This document shows, piece by piece, positions 11,106 to 23,500 of a stretch of 64,000 bases of DNA. The notes beneath the pieces were generated by a model. The model made no database searches. It was given only the letters and a program-made list of their open reading frames with translations, and was not told the origin of the DNA. Within the stretch, counting starts at the first letter, position 1. Each line of letters begins with the position of its first letter. Source of the stretch: Paramoeba atlantica. Taxonomy: Eukaryota; Protista; Discosea. The DNA lies in assembly GCA_977017575.1 (NCBI GenBank), contig CDRNVI010000148.1:62001-126000 (forward strand), written 5' to 3'. The translations under genes and the position numbers were made by a program.

Positions 11106-13204
11106 ATGGAAAGAACAAAAGAAAATGAGGAGAATCTTGTTGAGTTCTGTTGTGGCATTTGTTTCGAAGTCATGTCCTGGTCCAAAGTCCCAAGAATGCT
11201 TCCTTGTGGACATTCCTTCTGTTCTTCTTGTTTAAAGAAAATAACAAATCTGGGAAATACAAAGAAAGAGAAAGAAAGAGAAGAACTGAAACAAGAATCT
11301 TCTCCTTTGTTCCAAGAAGAAGAAAAGAAAACTTCCAAAAGTTGTTCTTGTCCCTTTTGTCGAGAGGAGTTTGATTGTGATTTGGTTGAAAATTTGAAGG
11401 TGAATTACACTCTCTCGATCACAGCCGATCTCCTCAGCTCTTCACCATCTCCTTTTTCTCTTGGTATAATTATTTTCTTTTCTTTTCTCTTTCTTTTTCC
11501 TTTTTCAAAAGAAATGATAAATTCATTTTTTTCTTTTTTCATAAAAACAGAAGAAATGAAATGTGTGAATTATGAGACTTGTGGTCAAAGGACCCAAATG
11601 TACTGCCCCAAATGCGAACTCTTTATCTGTGAATTGTGTGATCCTTTTCATACTTCTACAATATTTACTCAAAACCACTCTCGAATAAGACAACAACAAC
11701 AACAACAACAACAACAACCTCTCGAATGGAATGATGGGCGATTCTCCAAGTCGAAAAGATGTTCGGAACATCCCTCTGAAGTTGCAAACGCTTATTGTTT
11801 TGAATGTCGTATTTTTGTTTGCATTTGTTGTGTGTTGAATGGACCTCATGAGAACCACCGAGAGAATGTGAGTCCGTTTGAAGAATGTGTTCGAAAGAAG
11901 AGACAACAAGTACTCAAGATTGGGGGTGTTCTCAAGCAACAAATGAAAGAAGTTGAAAAAAAGAAAAGAGTGATTGAAGAAGAAGTTCAAGATTTAGAAG
12001 AAGAACAAAAAAAATTGGAAGATGAAATGCAACTATTGAAAGAGAAATTGGTTCAGAAACAGCAGAAAAGGAAAGAGGTAAATTTCGATTTAGATGAGAT
12101 ACGAATGAAACAGGATACAATCGATCGATTATCCAGAACACCAAAAGGTTTTTTAATTCTTGATGAAGATGTTTATTCAACAATTGTAGAAGCTGCAACA
12201 AATCTGGTTGGAGAACAACAAACAAGAAAACAGAAATTGGTTCTTGTCTGGAATGATCCTTCGCGAACTCCCCTCAGAATCTCTGTGAATGTCCCACGAG
12301 ATGGAAACATCTTCGATCTTAAAGAAGCAATTAGTAAGGTCTTTCTTTTTCTTTTTTTCTTTTTTTGTTTTCTACAAATCAATAATTGGTTTCTTTCAGT
12401 TAATTGGGATTCCACCAGAACCTATTCATGTGGCTGAAGTGTACCAATCGAAATTCTTCAAAGAATTTATAAACGAAGATCATTTATCAGAAATACGCCC
12501 TAATGACTTTATCTATGCATTTGAACTCACAAACAACTTCGGGGACCTATCTTTTTCTTCAAAGGTTTTTGTAATTTTCTTTTCTTTTTCTCAAAAGAAC
12601 AAATCACTCTTGATTTCTATCTAAATTTATTGTTCAAAGAAAATCGATAATGGCAACGTTTTGCATCTTCGAGTGATCCAAAGGAGGACGGACAATTATG
12701 AATTGTTTTCAATTCCAACAATCTGTTCTGTTTCTGAAACAACTACTTACAAGCAACTGTACAAGAAAGTATGTTCTTTTTTTTCTTTATTTTTCTTGAA
12801 TTGAAAAATTGATCATTTTGAATTTGGTCTTGCTCACACATTAGATGGTCCATACAATTCAAAGGCGTCTTTTGAAGAATTCAAACGAGATTAAGCCATT
12901 CTTTTCCAAGGTTCCTTTTGATTTTTATTTAATACCTCTTGTTTGTTATTGTAACCACTCACTCACTCCTCAACAGAGAGACCCCATAGATTACTCAAAC
13001 CCACTCTTCCAAATGGTGGTGACGAACAAACTTGGTTACCAAACCTTCGAAATCTTGTCAGATTTAGGAGATCGGCCCGTCTTTTCATCTCAAAAAGAGA
13101 AAAACATTTACATTGTGTTGAGATGGGAAATGGACACTCTTTCTTGTGTTTATGACGGAAAACACAATGACCCCAGAGAAATCCATGAGAGTTTTTGGGA
13201 GTGA
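11106..13204 (+). CDS. TRIM-like E3 ligase A: RING - B-box - B-box - coiled coil - USP4/11/15-type ubiquitin-like insertion module
   Basis: C3HC4 RING CGICFE..LPCGHSFCSSC..CPFC. B-boxes C..TCGQ..MYCPKCELFICELC..H..H and CSEH..AYCFEC..VCICC..H..H. Heptad coiled coil. C-terminus LVWNDPSRTPLRISVNVPRDGNIFDLKEAISKLIGIPPEPIHVAEVYQSKFFKEF..DFIYAFE..LFSIP..LYKK..LRW..HES. Six exons; ATG at 11106 (the longer track ORF start lies in T-rich leader). Confidence 0.88.
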
Positions 13205-13248
13205 AAGAATCTTTTTATTCAGAAGAAAACCGTTTTCTCTCCTCTTCA

Positions 13249-13274
13249 CTATCCTCCAAGAGTAAGGTAATAAA
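13249..13274 (-). pseudogene. Last 8 codons (LYYLTLGG-stop) of the neighbouring secreted-protein gene, left at the duplication breakpoint
   Basis: CTATCCTCCAAGAGTAAGGTAATAAA matches the 3' ends at 15626-15651 and 17262-17287, then switches abruptly to unrelated sequence. Confidence 0.8.
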
Positions 13275-13542
13275 ATTTCTCTTGAACAAGATAGATTCTT
13301 TTCTGATCTGTTCCCTTTTGATGCAATCTCTTGGTTCTTTTGAAAGAACAGAATTCTCTCAACCTTTTCTGAAATTCCTCGAATAACAGAAAACTGCGAG
13401 ACAACGCTGAATTTTTCCTGTTCCGTCGAGAGAGAAGGAAAAGAGGAAGAAGAGAACTTTTTTGTTTTTGTGGTTCTTGTTTTTGGTTTTTGTTTTTGTT
13501 TTATTTTTTTTGTTATTTGGTGTTTCTTTTTTTGTTTTACTT

Positions 13543-15582
13543 ATGGAAAGAACAAAAGAAAATGAGGAGAGTCTTGTTGAGTTCTGTTGTGGCATTTGTT
13601 TCGAAGTCATGTCCTGGTCCAAAGTCCCAAGAATGCTTCCTTGTGGACATTCCTTCTGTTCTTCTTGTTTAAAGAAAATAACAAATCTGGGAAATACAAA
13701 GAAAGAGAAAGAAAAAGAAGAAAAGAAAACATCCAAAATTTGTTCTTGTCCTTATTGTCGAGAGGAGTTTGATTGTGACTTTGATTGTGAAAATTTGAAG
13801 GTGAATTCCACTCTCTCGATCACAGCCGATCTCCTCAGCTCTTCGCCATCTCCTTTTTCTCTTGGTATCATTCTTTTCTTTTCTTTTTCTTTTTCCTTTT
13901 TCCTTTTTCAAAAGAAATGATAAATTCATTTTTTTCTTTTTTCATAAAAAACAGAAGAAATGAAATGTGCGAATTATGAGACTTGTGGTCAAAGGACCCA
14001 AATGTACTGCCCCAAATGCGAACTCTTTATCTGTGAATTGTGTGATCCTTTTCATACTTCTACAATATTTACTCAAAACCACTCTCGAATAAGACAACCT
14101 CTCGAATGGAATGGTGGGCGATTCTCCAAGTCGAAAAGATGTTCGGAACATCCCTCTGAAGTTGCAAACGCTTATTGTTTTGAATGTCGTATTTTTGTTT
14201 GTATTTGTTGTGTGTTGAATGGACCTCATGAGAACCACCGAGAGAATGTGAGTCCGTTTGAAGAATGTGTTCAAAAGAAGAGACAACAAGTGCTCAAGAT
14301 TGGGGGTGTTCTCAAGCAACAAACGAAAGAAGTTGAAAAAAAGAAAAGAGTGATTGAAGAAGAAGTTCAAGATTTAGAAGAAGAACAAAAAAAATTGGAA
14401 GATGAAATGCAACTATTGAAAGAGAAATTGGTTCAGAAACAGCAGAAAAGGAAAGAGGTGAATTTCGATTTAGATGAGATACGAATGAAACAGGATACAA
14501 TCGATCGATTATCCAGAACACCAAAGGGTTTTTTAATTCTTGATGAAGATGTTTATTCAACAATTGTAGAAGCTGCAACAAATTTGGTTGGAGAACAGCA
14601 AACAAGAAAACAGAAATTGGTTCTTGTCTGGAATAACCCTTCGCGAACTCCCCTCAGAATCTCTGTGAATGTCCCACGAGATGGAAACATCTTCGATCTT
14701 AAAGAAGCAATTAGTAAGGTCTTTTTTTTCTTTTTTTGTTTTTTTGTTTCTACAAATCAATAATTGGTTTCTTTCAGTTAATTGGGATTCCACCAGAACC
14801 TATTCATGTGGCTGAAGTGTACCAATCGAAATTCTTCAAAGAATTTATAAACGAAGATCATTTATCAAAAATACGCCCTAATGACTTTATCTATGCATTT
14901 GAACTCACAAACAACTTCGGTGACCCATCTTTTTCTTCAAAGGTTTTTGTAATTTTCTTTTCTTTTTCTCAAAAGAACAAACCACTCTTGATTTTGATCT
15001 AAATTTATTGTTCAAAGAAAATCGATAATGGCAACGTTTTGCATCTTCGAGTGACCCAAATGAAAATGGGCCCTTTGAAATTGTTTTCAATTCCAACAAT
15101 CTGTTCTGTTTCTGAAACAACTACTTACAAGCAACTGTACAAGAAAGTATGTTCTTTTTTTTTTATTTTTTTCTTGAATTGAAAAATTGATCATTTTGAA
15201 TTTGGTCTTGCTCACACATTAGATGGTCCATACAATTCAAAGGCGTCTTTTGAAGAATTCAAACGAGATTAAACCATTCTTTTCCAAGGTTTCTTTTTAT
15301 TTTGATTTAATACCTCTTGTTTGTTATTGTAACCACTCACTCACTCCTCGACAGAGAGACCCCATAGATTACTCAAACCCACTCTTCCAAATGGTGGTGA
15401 CGAACAAACTTGGTTACCAAACCTTCGAAAGCTTGTCAGATTTAGGAGATCGGCCCGTCTTTTCATCTCAAAAAGAGAAAAACATTTACATTGTGTTGAG
15501 ATGGGAAATGGACTCTCTTTCTCGTGTTTATGACGGAGAACACAATGACCCCAGAGAAATCCATGAGAGTTATTGGGAGTGA
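13543..15582 (+). CDS. TRIM-like E3 ligase B (paralog of A, same architecture)
   Basis: Same domains and intron positions as A. Lacks most of the poly-Q run (single CAA versus CAA x9 at 11691-11717 in A) and has a shorter RING insertion. Confidence 0.88.
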
Positions 15583-15625
15583 AAGAATCTTTTTATTCAG
15601 AAGAAAACCGTTTTCTCTCCCTTCA

Positions 15626-16840
15626 CTATCCTCCGAGAGTAAGGTAATAAAGTCTCACTGAAACACTTGCAATATCAATACGACTCCCACCGGGACAACC
15701 TTCACAAATATTCGTTACATAAATATAATTGGTCCCTCCCCCGTAAACATACCCAGGCCACCCATTTTGATACAAAGTCGATTGTGAGAAAAGCCAAGAA
15801 CCATCACAACCTTTGGTTGTACAATAATCTGGATCTTGAGGAGGAGACAACATTTGTGGGTAAATTGTTTGATTAATTGCTGGTGGGAAAGAAAGAAAAT
15901 TTGTCAATTTAAAATAGAACAACAAAAAGGAAAAAAAGAAAAAGAAGGAAAAAAATACGTGAAATTCTTCCCATGTACACTGACATACTCGCATTTTGAG
16001 AGCAAGTTCCATCACCAAAAAACCTTCCAAAAAACTCAAATTCAGCTGTCACAAGTCCTGATTGACTTGGTAAAGGATCACGAAAATAGTATCTCATTGT
16101 TGTTCCAACAGACATTGTTCGAACAGATCGCGCTCCACATTGTCCCGGAGTTCGAGTGGCAGATGTTCCACCAGTATAGTAGGTAGCATTCATTGCAACT
16201 GATGAAAATCCATAGACATTTGGGGAATAATAAACTGTTAATTGTGCTGAGTTGAGACAAGAAACGTCATAAAAACTGGTCACTGAAAAATTGTTTTCTC
16301 CTCCAAGATTCATTCCTGGAAATCCATTTTGTGCTACAGTTGCCAACGTAATCGATCCATCACAAGTATTACACTCACATCGAACAGGACTTTCTTGAGC
16401 AGACAGAATGTTAATCGCATATCCATTCACATACGCACCAAGATCAGTTAGATCTTCTCCCTCACAACCATAAGAACCAAGGAGAGTTACCACCATTTTG
16501 GTGACCATGGAACCAACAGGGGTTCGGTCGGTGAAAGTAAAGTTTCCATCGTGCCAATTTGGTCGATTCGAACACTGAGAAAAAGAAAAGAAAGTGAGTT
16601 GAATGTTCTTGTGGAAACAAACAAACGAAAAAGAACCGCATATTCTCCAGGATCACCACATTGAGTGCAGATCGCGGGATTTCCGGTCCAGCTGAACGAT
16701 GTTGTGTAAGAATCTGCAGGTGGTGGTGGTGGTGGTGGAGGTGGAGGTGGAGGTGGTGGTGAAGGTGCAGGTGAAGGTGCTAAACCACCATGGACGATGA
16801 CCAAAAAAAGAGAGAGAAGAAGGAAAGAGGGAGAAAACAT
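15626..16840 (-). CDS. Secreted protein A: signal peptide, poly-Pro linker, two tandem Cys-containing modules of unknown family
   Basis: MFSPSFLLLSLFLVIVHGG signal; PSPAPSPPPPPPPP linker; module 1 ICTQCGDPGEYAC..FTD..GSYGC..CECNTCDGS..NGFPGMNLGGEN; module 2 FRDPLP..GRFFGDGTC..YCTTKGCDGS..NGWPGYVYGGGTN. Three exons. Confidence 0.85.
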
Positions 16841-17261
16841 TTTCAGAAAAATGGTTTTGTTTTTCTTTGACGTTGAGGAACAAAATAGAAAAAAACACCG
16901 CCCACTCCTTTTCATTTTCTGAGAATTGCTTTTTTGTTCGTCATAGATACATCCAAATCACTACCTAGACGTTTTTGATTGTTTGAGTTATTCAGTTTTG
17001 ATACTTTTTCAAAATCAAAAAAATCCCACTCCAAAAAAGAAATGAATGTTTTTGTTCAATGAAAAAGGAATTTTTTGGCTTTTTCCTTTCGAAATTCAGC
17101 GATTGTTTTCTAAAAACTCGAATCGAACCAAAGTTGCTTTTTCCTTGCGAATTCTTTTTCATTCATACAAGATTTCTTGGAAAAACTCATTTTCACTTTC
17201 TGCACCAGAACCACCAATATGGATTCAAATTGTCATTTAATTTATTGCATTCTTTGAGTCC

Positions 17262-18449
17262 TTATCCTCCAAGAGTAAGGTAATAAAGTCTCACTCGGAC
17301 ACTCGCAATATCAATACGACTCCCACTGGGACAACCTTCACAAATATTCGTTACATAAATATAATTGGTCCCCCCACCATAAACATACCCAGGCCACCCA
17401 TTTTGATACAAAGTCGATTGTGAGAAAAGCCAAGAACCATCACAACCTTTGGTTGTACAATAATCTGGATCTTGAGGAGGAGACAACATTTGTGGGTAAA
17501 TTGTTTGATTCATTGCTGGGAAAGAAATTTGTCAGTTTAGAGGAACAACAAACAACAAAAAGGGAAAAAGAAGAAAAAAAAAATACGTGAAATTCTTCCC
17601 ATGTACACTGACATACTCGCATGATCAGAACAAGTTCCATCACCAAAATACCTTCCAAAAAACTCAAATTCAGCTGTTACAAGTCCTGATTGACTTGGTA
17701 AAGGATCACGAAAAGAAAATCTCATTGTTGTTCCAACCAACATTGTTCGAACAGTTCTTTCTCCACATTGCCCCGGAGTTCGAGTGCTTGTTGTTCCACC
17801 AGTATAGAAAGTAGCATTCACTGTAACTCCTGAAAATCCATTAACATTTGGGGAATAATAAACTGTTAATTGTGCTGAGTTGAGACAAGAAACGTCATAA
17901 AAACTAGTCACTGAAAAATTGTTTTCTCCTCCAAGATTCATTCCTGGAAATCCATTTTGTGCTTCAGTCGCTAACGTAATCGATCCATCACAACTATTAC
18001 ACTCACATCGAACAGGACTTTCTTGAGCAGACAGAATGTTGATCGCATATCCATTCACATACGCACCAAGGTCATTGAGATCTGCTCCATCACAACCATA
18101 AGAACCAAGGAGAGTTACCACCATTTTGGTGACCATGGAACCAACAGGAGTTTCGTCAGTGAAAGTAAAGTTTCCATCATGCCAGTTTGCTCGATTTGAA
18201 CACTAAGAAAAAGGAAGTGAGTCAAAAATTCTTGTGGACTTCAATCAACCAAAAACGAAAAAGAACCGCATATTCTCCAGGATCACCGCATTGAGTGCAG
18301 ATCGCGGGATTTCCGGTCCAGCCGAACGATGTTGTGTAAGAATCTCCAGGTGGTGGTGGTGGTGGTGGTGGTGGTGATGGTGGTAAAGGAAGACCACCAT
18401 GGACGATGACCAAAAAGAGAGAGAGAAGAAGGAAAGAGGGAGAAAACAT
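17262..18449 (-). CDS. Secreted protein B (paralog of A)
   Basis: Near-identical exons and the same two intron positions as A. Shorter poly-Pro linker. Confidence 0.85.
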
Positions 18450-18742
18450 TTTGTGAAACTTTTTGGGCGGAAAAAAAGGAAACAACGCTCTCGAAAAGGG
18501 AGCATCCAAATTAAGATAGAAACGTTTTTATAAAAAGAAACATTGTACTTCAGGCTTGATGAAATAATCAAAAAAGTCCCACTCCAAAAGGGCAAGGAAA
18601 CTTTCGGTTCAACGAAAAAGGAATTTTTTCTCTTTTTCTTTCTCAATTACTCGCACCAAAGGGCTTCCTTTTCGTTCTTTCTTGTCGTTTTTTCGACACG
18701 AAAAACAAACTCCCATTCTTTCTCTGCAGAGTTCTTTGAGGA

Positions 18743-20271
18743 ATGTTTTCACCCATTCTTGTTTGTTTCTCCCTCTTTTTGCTGACTGTCAATGGCCTTT
18801 TCTCTCCTGTGGTTGACGGGGCCATGAACACCCAAGCTTGCAACCCAGATGGACTCCGTAACAATTGTTCCGCGAATACACAGCAAGAATGCGAAAATCT
18901 TGGTTGTTGTTGGGATTTCACAATTCAACCGTATTGTTATCAACCAAACCAAATGGTTCCTTCACCGACACCTTCACCAACACCCCCACCAACACCTCCG
19001 CCAACACCTTCACCAACACTCCCACCAACACCTTCGCCAACACTCCCACCAACACCTCCACCAACACCTTCGCCAACACTCCCACCAACACCTCCACCAA
19101 CACCTTCACCAACACCTCCGCCAACACCCCCACCAACACCCGGAAATTCTTACACAACATCGTTCAGCTGGACCGGAAGTCCCAATATCTGTTCTCAATG
19201 TGGTGATCCTGGAGAATATGCGGTTCTTTTTCGTTTTTGGTTGATTGTTTCCACAAGAATTTTCGACTCACTTTTCTTTTTCAATTCACATTTTGGAACT
19301 CACTTTCAACCTCTTTCTTAGTGTTCGAATCGAGCAAACTGGCACGATGGAAACTTTACTTTCACCGACCGAACCCCTGTTGGTTCCATGGTCACCAAAA
19401 TGGTGGTAACTCTCCTTGGTTCTTATGGTTGTGAGGGATCTGAACCTCTAACTGACCTTGGTGCGTATGTGAATGGATATGCGATTAACATTCTGTCTGC
19501 TCAAGAGAGCCCAATTCGATGTGAGTGTAATACTTGTGATGGATCGATTACGTTGGTGACTGAAGCACAAAATGGATTTCCAGGAATGAATCTTGGAGGA
19601 GAAAACAATTTTTCAGTGACCAGTTTTTATGATGTTTCTTGTCTCAACTCAGCACAATTAACAGTCTCTTATTCTCCAAATGTTAATGGATTTTCAGGAG
19701 TTACAGTGGATGCTACTTTCTATACTGGTGGAACAACGGGCACTCGAACTCCAGGACAATGTGGAGAAAGAACTGTTCGAACGATGTTGGTTGGAACAAC
19801 AATGAGATTTTATTTTCGTGATCCTTTACCAAGTCAATCAGGACTTGTAACAGCTGAATTTGAGTTTTTTGGAAGGTATTTTGGTGATGGAATTTGCTCT
19901 CAAAATGCAAGTATGTCAGTGTACATGGGAAGAATTTCACGTATTTTTTTCCTTCTTTTCCTTTTTCCTTTTTGTTGTTCTGTTTTAAATTGACAAATTT
20001 TCTTTCTTCCCCACCACCAGCAATTAATCAAACAATTTACCCACAAATGTTGTCTCCTCCTCAAGATCCAGATTATTGTACAACCAAAGGTTGTGATGGT
20101 TCTTGGCTTTTCCCACAACCAACTTTGTTTCAAAATGGGTGGCCTGGGTATGTTTATGGAGGGACCAATTATATTTATGTAACGAATATTTGTGAAGGTT
20201 GTCCCAGTGGGAGTCGTATTGATATTGCGAGTGTTTCAGTGAGACTTTATTCCTTGCCTCTTCCTTCTTGA
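18743..20271 (+). CDS. Secreted protein C: signal peptide, trefoil (P-type) domain, Pro/Thr/Ser mucin-like linker, same two Cys modules; inverted relative to A and B
   Basis: CNPDGLRNNCSANTQQECENLGCCWDFTIQPYCY fits the trefoil C..R.NC....C...GCCW...P.CY pattern. (PSPT/PPPT/LPPT)n linker follows. Modules and introns are homologous to A and B. Confidence 0.85.
18958..19140 (+). repeat. Coding 12-nt-unit tandem repeat (CCTTCACCAACA/CCTCCACCAACA/CTCCCACCAACA) encoding a PSPT/PPPT linker
   Basis: Directly visible; about 15 units. Confidence 0.9.
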
Positions 20272-20516
20272 AATGAAACAATTTTCATGACAAAATTAGA
20301 CCCCTAAAATAAAAAAAAAATCTGGCCAATCGATCTTTTTTGTTTGGCAAGAGAGAAACAGAGAAAAGGAGGTTGACGAATTGGGAAAGGAATTTTCCGT
20401 TCTTCCCTTTCACCCAAAACTCTTTCTTCGAAAAAAGATCAATTTCCAAGAAAATTCGGTGGGTCCCTCCTCCTCCTCCTCCTCATTTTGAAGATTTTTT
20501 TTGGACAAAATATCAG

Positions 20517-23500
20517 ATGGCCAACGAAGAAGTCGACGTTGTGGTTGTTGGTGCAGGTTTTGGGGGAATTCATCATGTCTTTCGTGCGAGACAAGAAGGC
20601 CTCACTGTTGTTGCTCTCGAACGTTGGAGCGGTTTTGGGGGGTTTGTTTTTTTTTTCTTCTTTTTGATCGAGGCTCTGAGAATTGATCTTTTTTTTTTTG
20701 ACAATTTTTGATTGAAAATCTTTCTTTTCAAATCTAGAACCTGGCACAAACCAAACTATCCTGGAGCTCACTGTGATACAGACTGCAACGATTATTGTTT
20801 CTCTTTTGACGAACAACTCCAAGAAAGTTGGAAATGGCCAAATCGGTATGCGACTGGAGATGAATTAGAAGAATACATCTCCCACACCGCTGAGAAACAC
20901 AATCTGAGACAATACTTTCGATTTAACGAAGAGGTTGTAGGAGCGAAGTTTATTGAAGAGACAAATCGTTGGGAAGTCAAAACAAGAAAAGGGAGTCTCT
21001 ATTGCGGACAATTTCTTGTCCTTGCCATCGGTTGTCTTTCCATCCCTCTCATCCCTTCCTTTGCGAAAGAACACGCCGGGCCAATGGGTCGACCACTCTC
21101 AAACAAAAAGGAAGAAAGTGATCAAAAAATGCCTCTTGTTTTTCATTCTTCCCAATTTTCACAAGATGTACCCGTTGGTGGAAAGAAGGTTGTGATTGTG
21201 GGGACTGGGAGTACTGCGCAACAAGCCAGCCCTGAAATTGCCAAAGTGGCTTCCAAAGTCTCGGTTCTCCAACGGACACCGAATTACTCAATTCCAAATG
21301 GTCTTTTTTTTCTCATTTTTCAAGTAATATTTTTGAATATCATATTTTGGAATCATCTATTCGAATATTTTTTTCTTTATTTTTCACAATCATTTATTGA
21401 AATCATTTGACACAGGATATACAACGAATTACAAACAACCAAAGGACTGGAAAACATTTCGAAAAGAAGCAATCACAACCTCATTTGGTTTCAATGAAGG
21501 TGCCAACCCCTCCAACCCCAAAAAAGCAACTGAAATGACAAAAGAAGAATGTCTTGCTGAATTAGAAAGGAGATGGGCAATTGGTGGGTTTCAGTGGCTT
21601 GGCTGCTTTTCTGATTTGTTATTAAATCCTGAAACCAATATGATGGTTGCTGAATTTGTGAATAATAAGACTCGCCAACTTGTCAAAGATCCTGTGACTG
21701 CGGAACTTTTGTGTCCTGATTATCATTATGGGTGTAAGGTTCACAAAAAACTCTTTTTCTTTTTTCTGTTTTTAAAAATTTTAAAAACAATTTTTAATTA
21801 TGGTTTTTTTTAAAAATTTTATTTACCTCTTAGAGACCTTCCATGTCAATGAACACAGACTGGTGGGAACATTTTAATCGTGATCACGTTGAACTCGTTT
21901 GTGTGAAACAAGATCCAATCGAACAAATTGTCAAGGAAGGAGTTTTACTTGAATCTGGTCGAATTATTGAAGCAGATGTGATTGTTTTATGTACAGGTAA
22001 CCTTTCTATTTTCTTTCAACAACAACAAAAATATCTTCTTGATTTCTTTTTCAATACCAAAAAGAAAACACAACAAACACAGATTGCCTTTATGTTTAAA
22101 GAGTAACACATTTTTCTCTTTTCTCATCACAGGATATGATGCCATGACGGGCGCTTTCTTCCACATCAACCCAATCGGTCGAGATGGATTGGAACTCAAA
22201 AGTGCTTGGGAATCAGGTGCTCATTCATATTTAGGGATGGCGACTGTTGGGTTTCCAAATTTCTTTTGGATAGGTGGACCACAAACTGCGTCAAGTTTGG
22301 CAAGTTTTGTTCAAGTTAATATTTATTTGAGTGTTTTTTTTTTCTTGTTTTTTTTTTTTCCTTCTCTTAATCAGATTTTTTTTTTCTCCCATGATCCCAG
22401 GCCGCCGAAGTAGGGAGTGATTGGATCTTGAAAGCAATTCAACGAACAAAACAAATCGAAAAGAAGAAATATATTGAAGTGAAACCACAGGCACAATCAG
22501 GATGGTCTGGGATGACAGGAATCCTTGGGGGTTCAGTTCTTCTTGGTCGCCCTGAATGTGGGTCATGGTATTTAGGATTGAATATTCCAGGCAAAGCTCA
22601 AGCGTTCAATATCTTCCTGAGTTGGAATCAGTGGCATGCGAAAGCAAAAGCAGAAGAAGAGGGTGGATTCCAATCTTTTGTTTTTGGGGATGAGAAAACT
22701 GATCTGGATTCAGTGAAACTAAAACCAAGTTTACTTCATCCATCCGTTCAAAACTGGCTTGCTGGAATTGCGGAGCTCACCAAAGATCAACCTCCCCCAC
22801 CCATTACCCCAGAAGGACAGAGAGGAAGATTCTTAGGAATGGTTGCAACACTTGGCCAAGGAGGGAACGTTGGAAAGCCAACAGATTATCAAGTGAATGA
22901 AAATGTACCTGTTCGTGTTTATAACCCACCAATTAAAAAAAGAATGGAAGATGGACTTGTACCTTGTCTTGTTTGGTATCACGGCGGAGGGTTTGTGGTG
23001 GGCGACCACACAGTCACACATGCCGCTCTTGCAAGAGATTTTTGTTCTGATTTAGGTGTTGTGGTTGTTGTTGTTGGGTATCGACTTGCTCCTGAAAACC
23101 CTTTTCCTGCAGCTTACAATGATTCTGTTGCTGCGTATGAGTGGGTTGTGGAGAATTCTGAGCTCTTGAAGATTGATCCATCACGAATTGTTGTTTCTGG
23201 CGATAGTGCAGGTGGTAATTTGGCGTGTGGTGTTTGTTTGAATATGATAAAGAAAAGAAAAGACGGAAAAACGATCAACAAACCAGTCAGCGCAGGCTTA
23301 TTTTATCCGTATTTGACGGTGCACACTAATACCCTTCCTTCTCGTGAAAAATTTGCTGACACCCCAATGCTAAAGAAGGACAGCCTTCGATGGTTTGAAA
23401 ACCAATACCTTTTTGGAGGCAATTCTGCTCCGAGTGAAGAAGATCTGAAAGTAAAAGATGATCCTCGAGCTTCCCCATTGTTAGTAGATTCAACGGAACT

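Larger units (their letters stand above)
10200..15660 (+). repeat. Direct tandem segmental duplication (approx. 10200-13275 and 13285-15655), each unit carrying one TRIM-like gene
   Basis: Exons and introns are near-identical. Shared upstream motifs: AATAACAGAAAACTGCGAGACAACGCTG (about 10685 and 13382) and GAACAAGA..GATTCTTTTCTGATC (about 10207 and 13286). Shared downstream sequence GAAAGAATCTTTTTATTCAGAAGAAAACCG. Confidence 0.9.
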
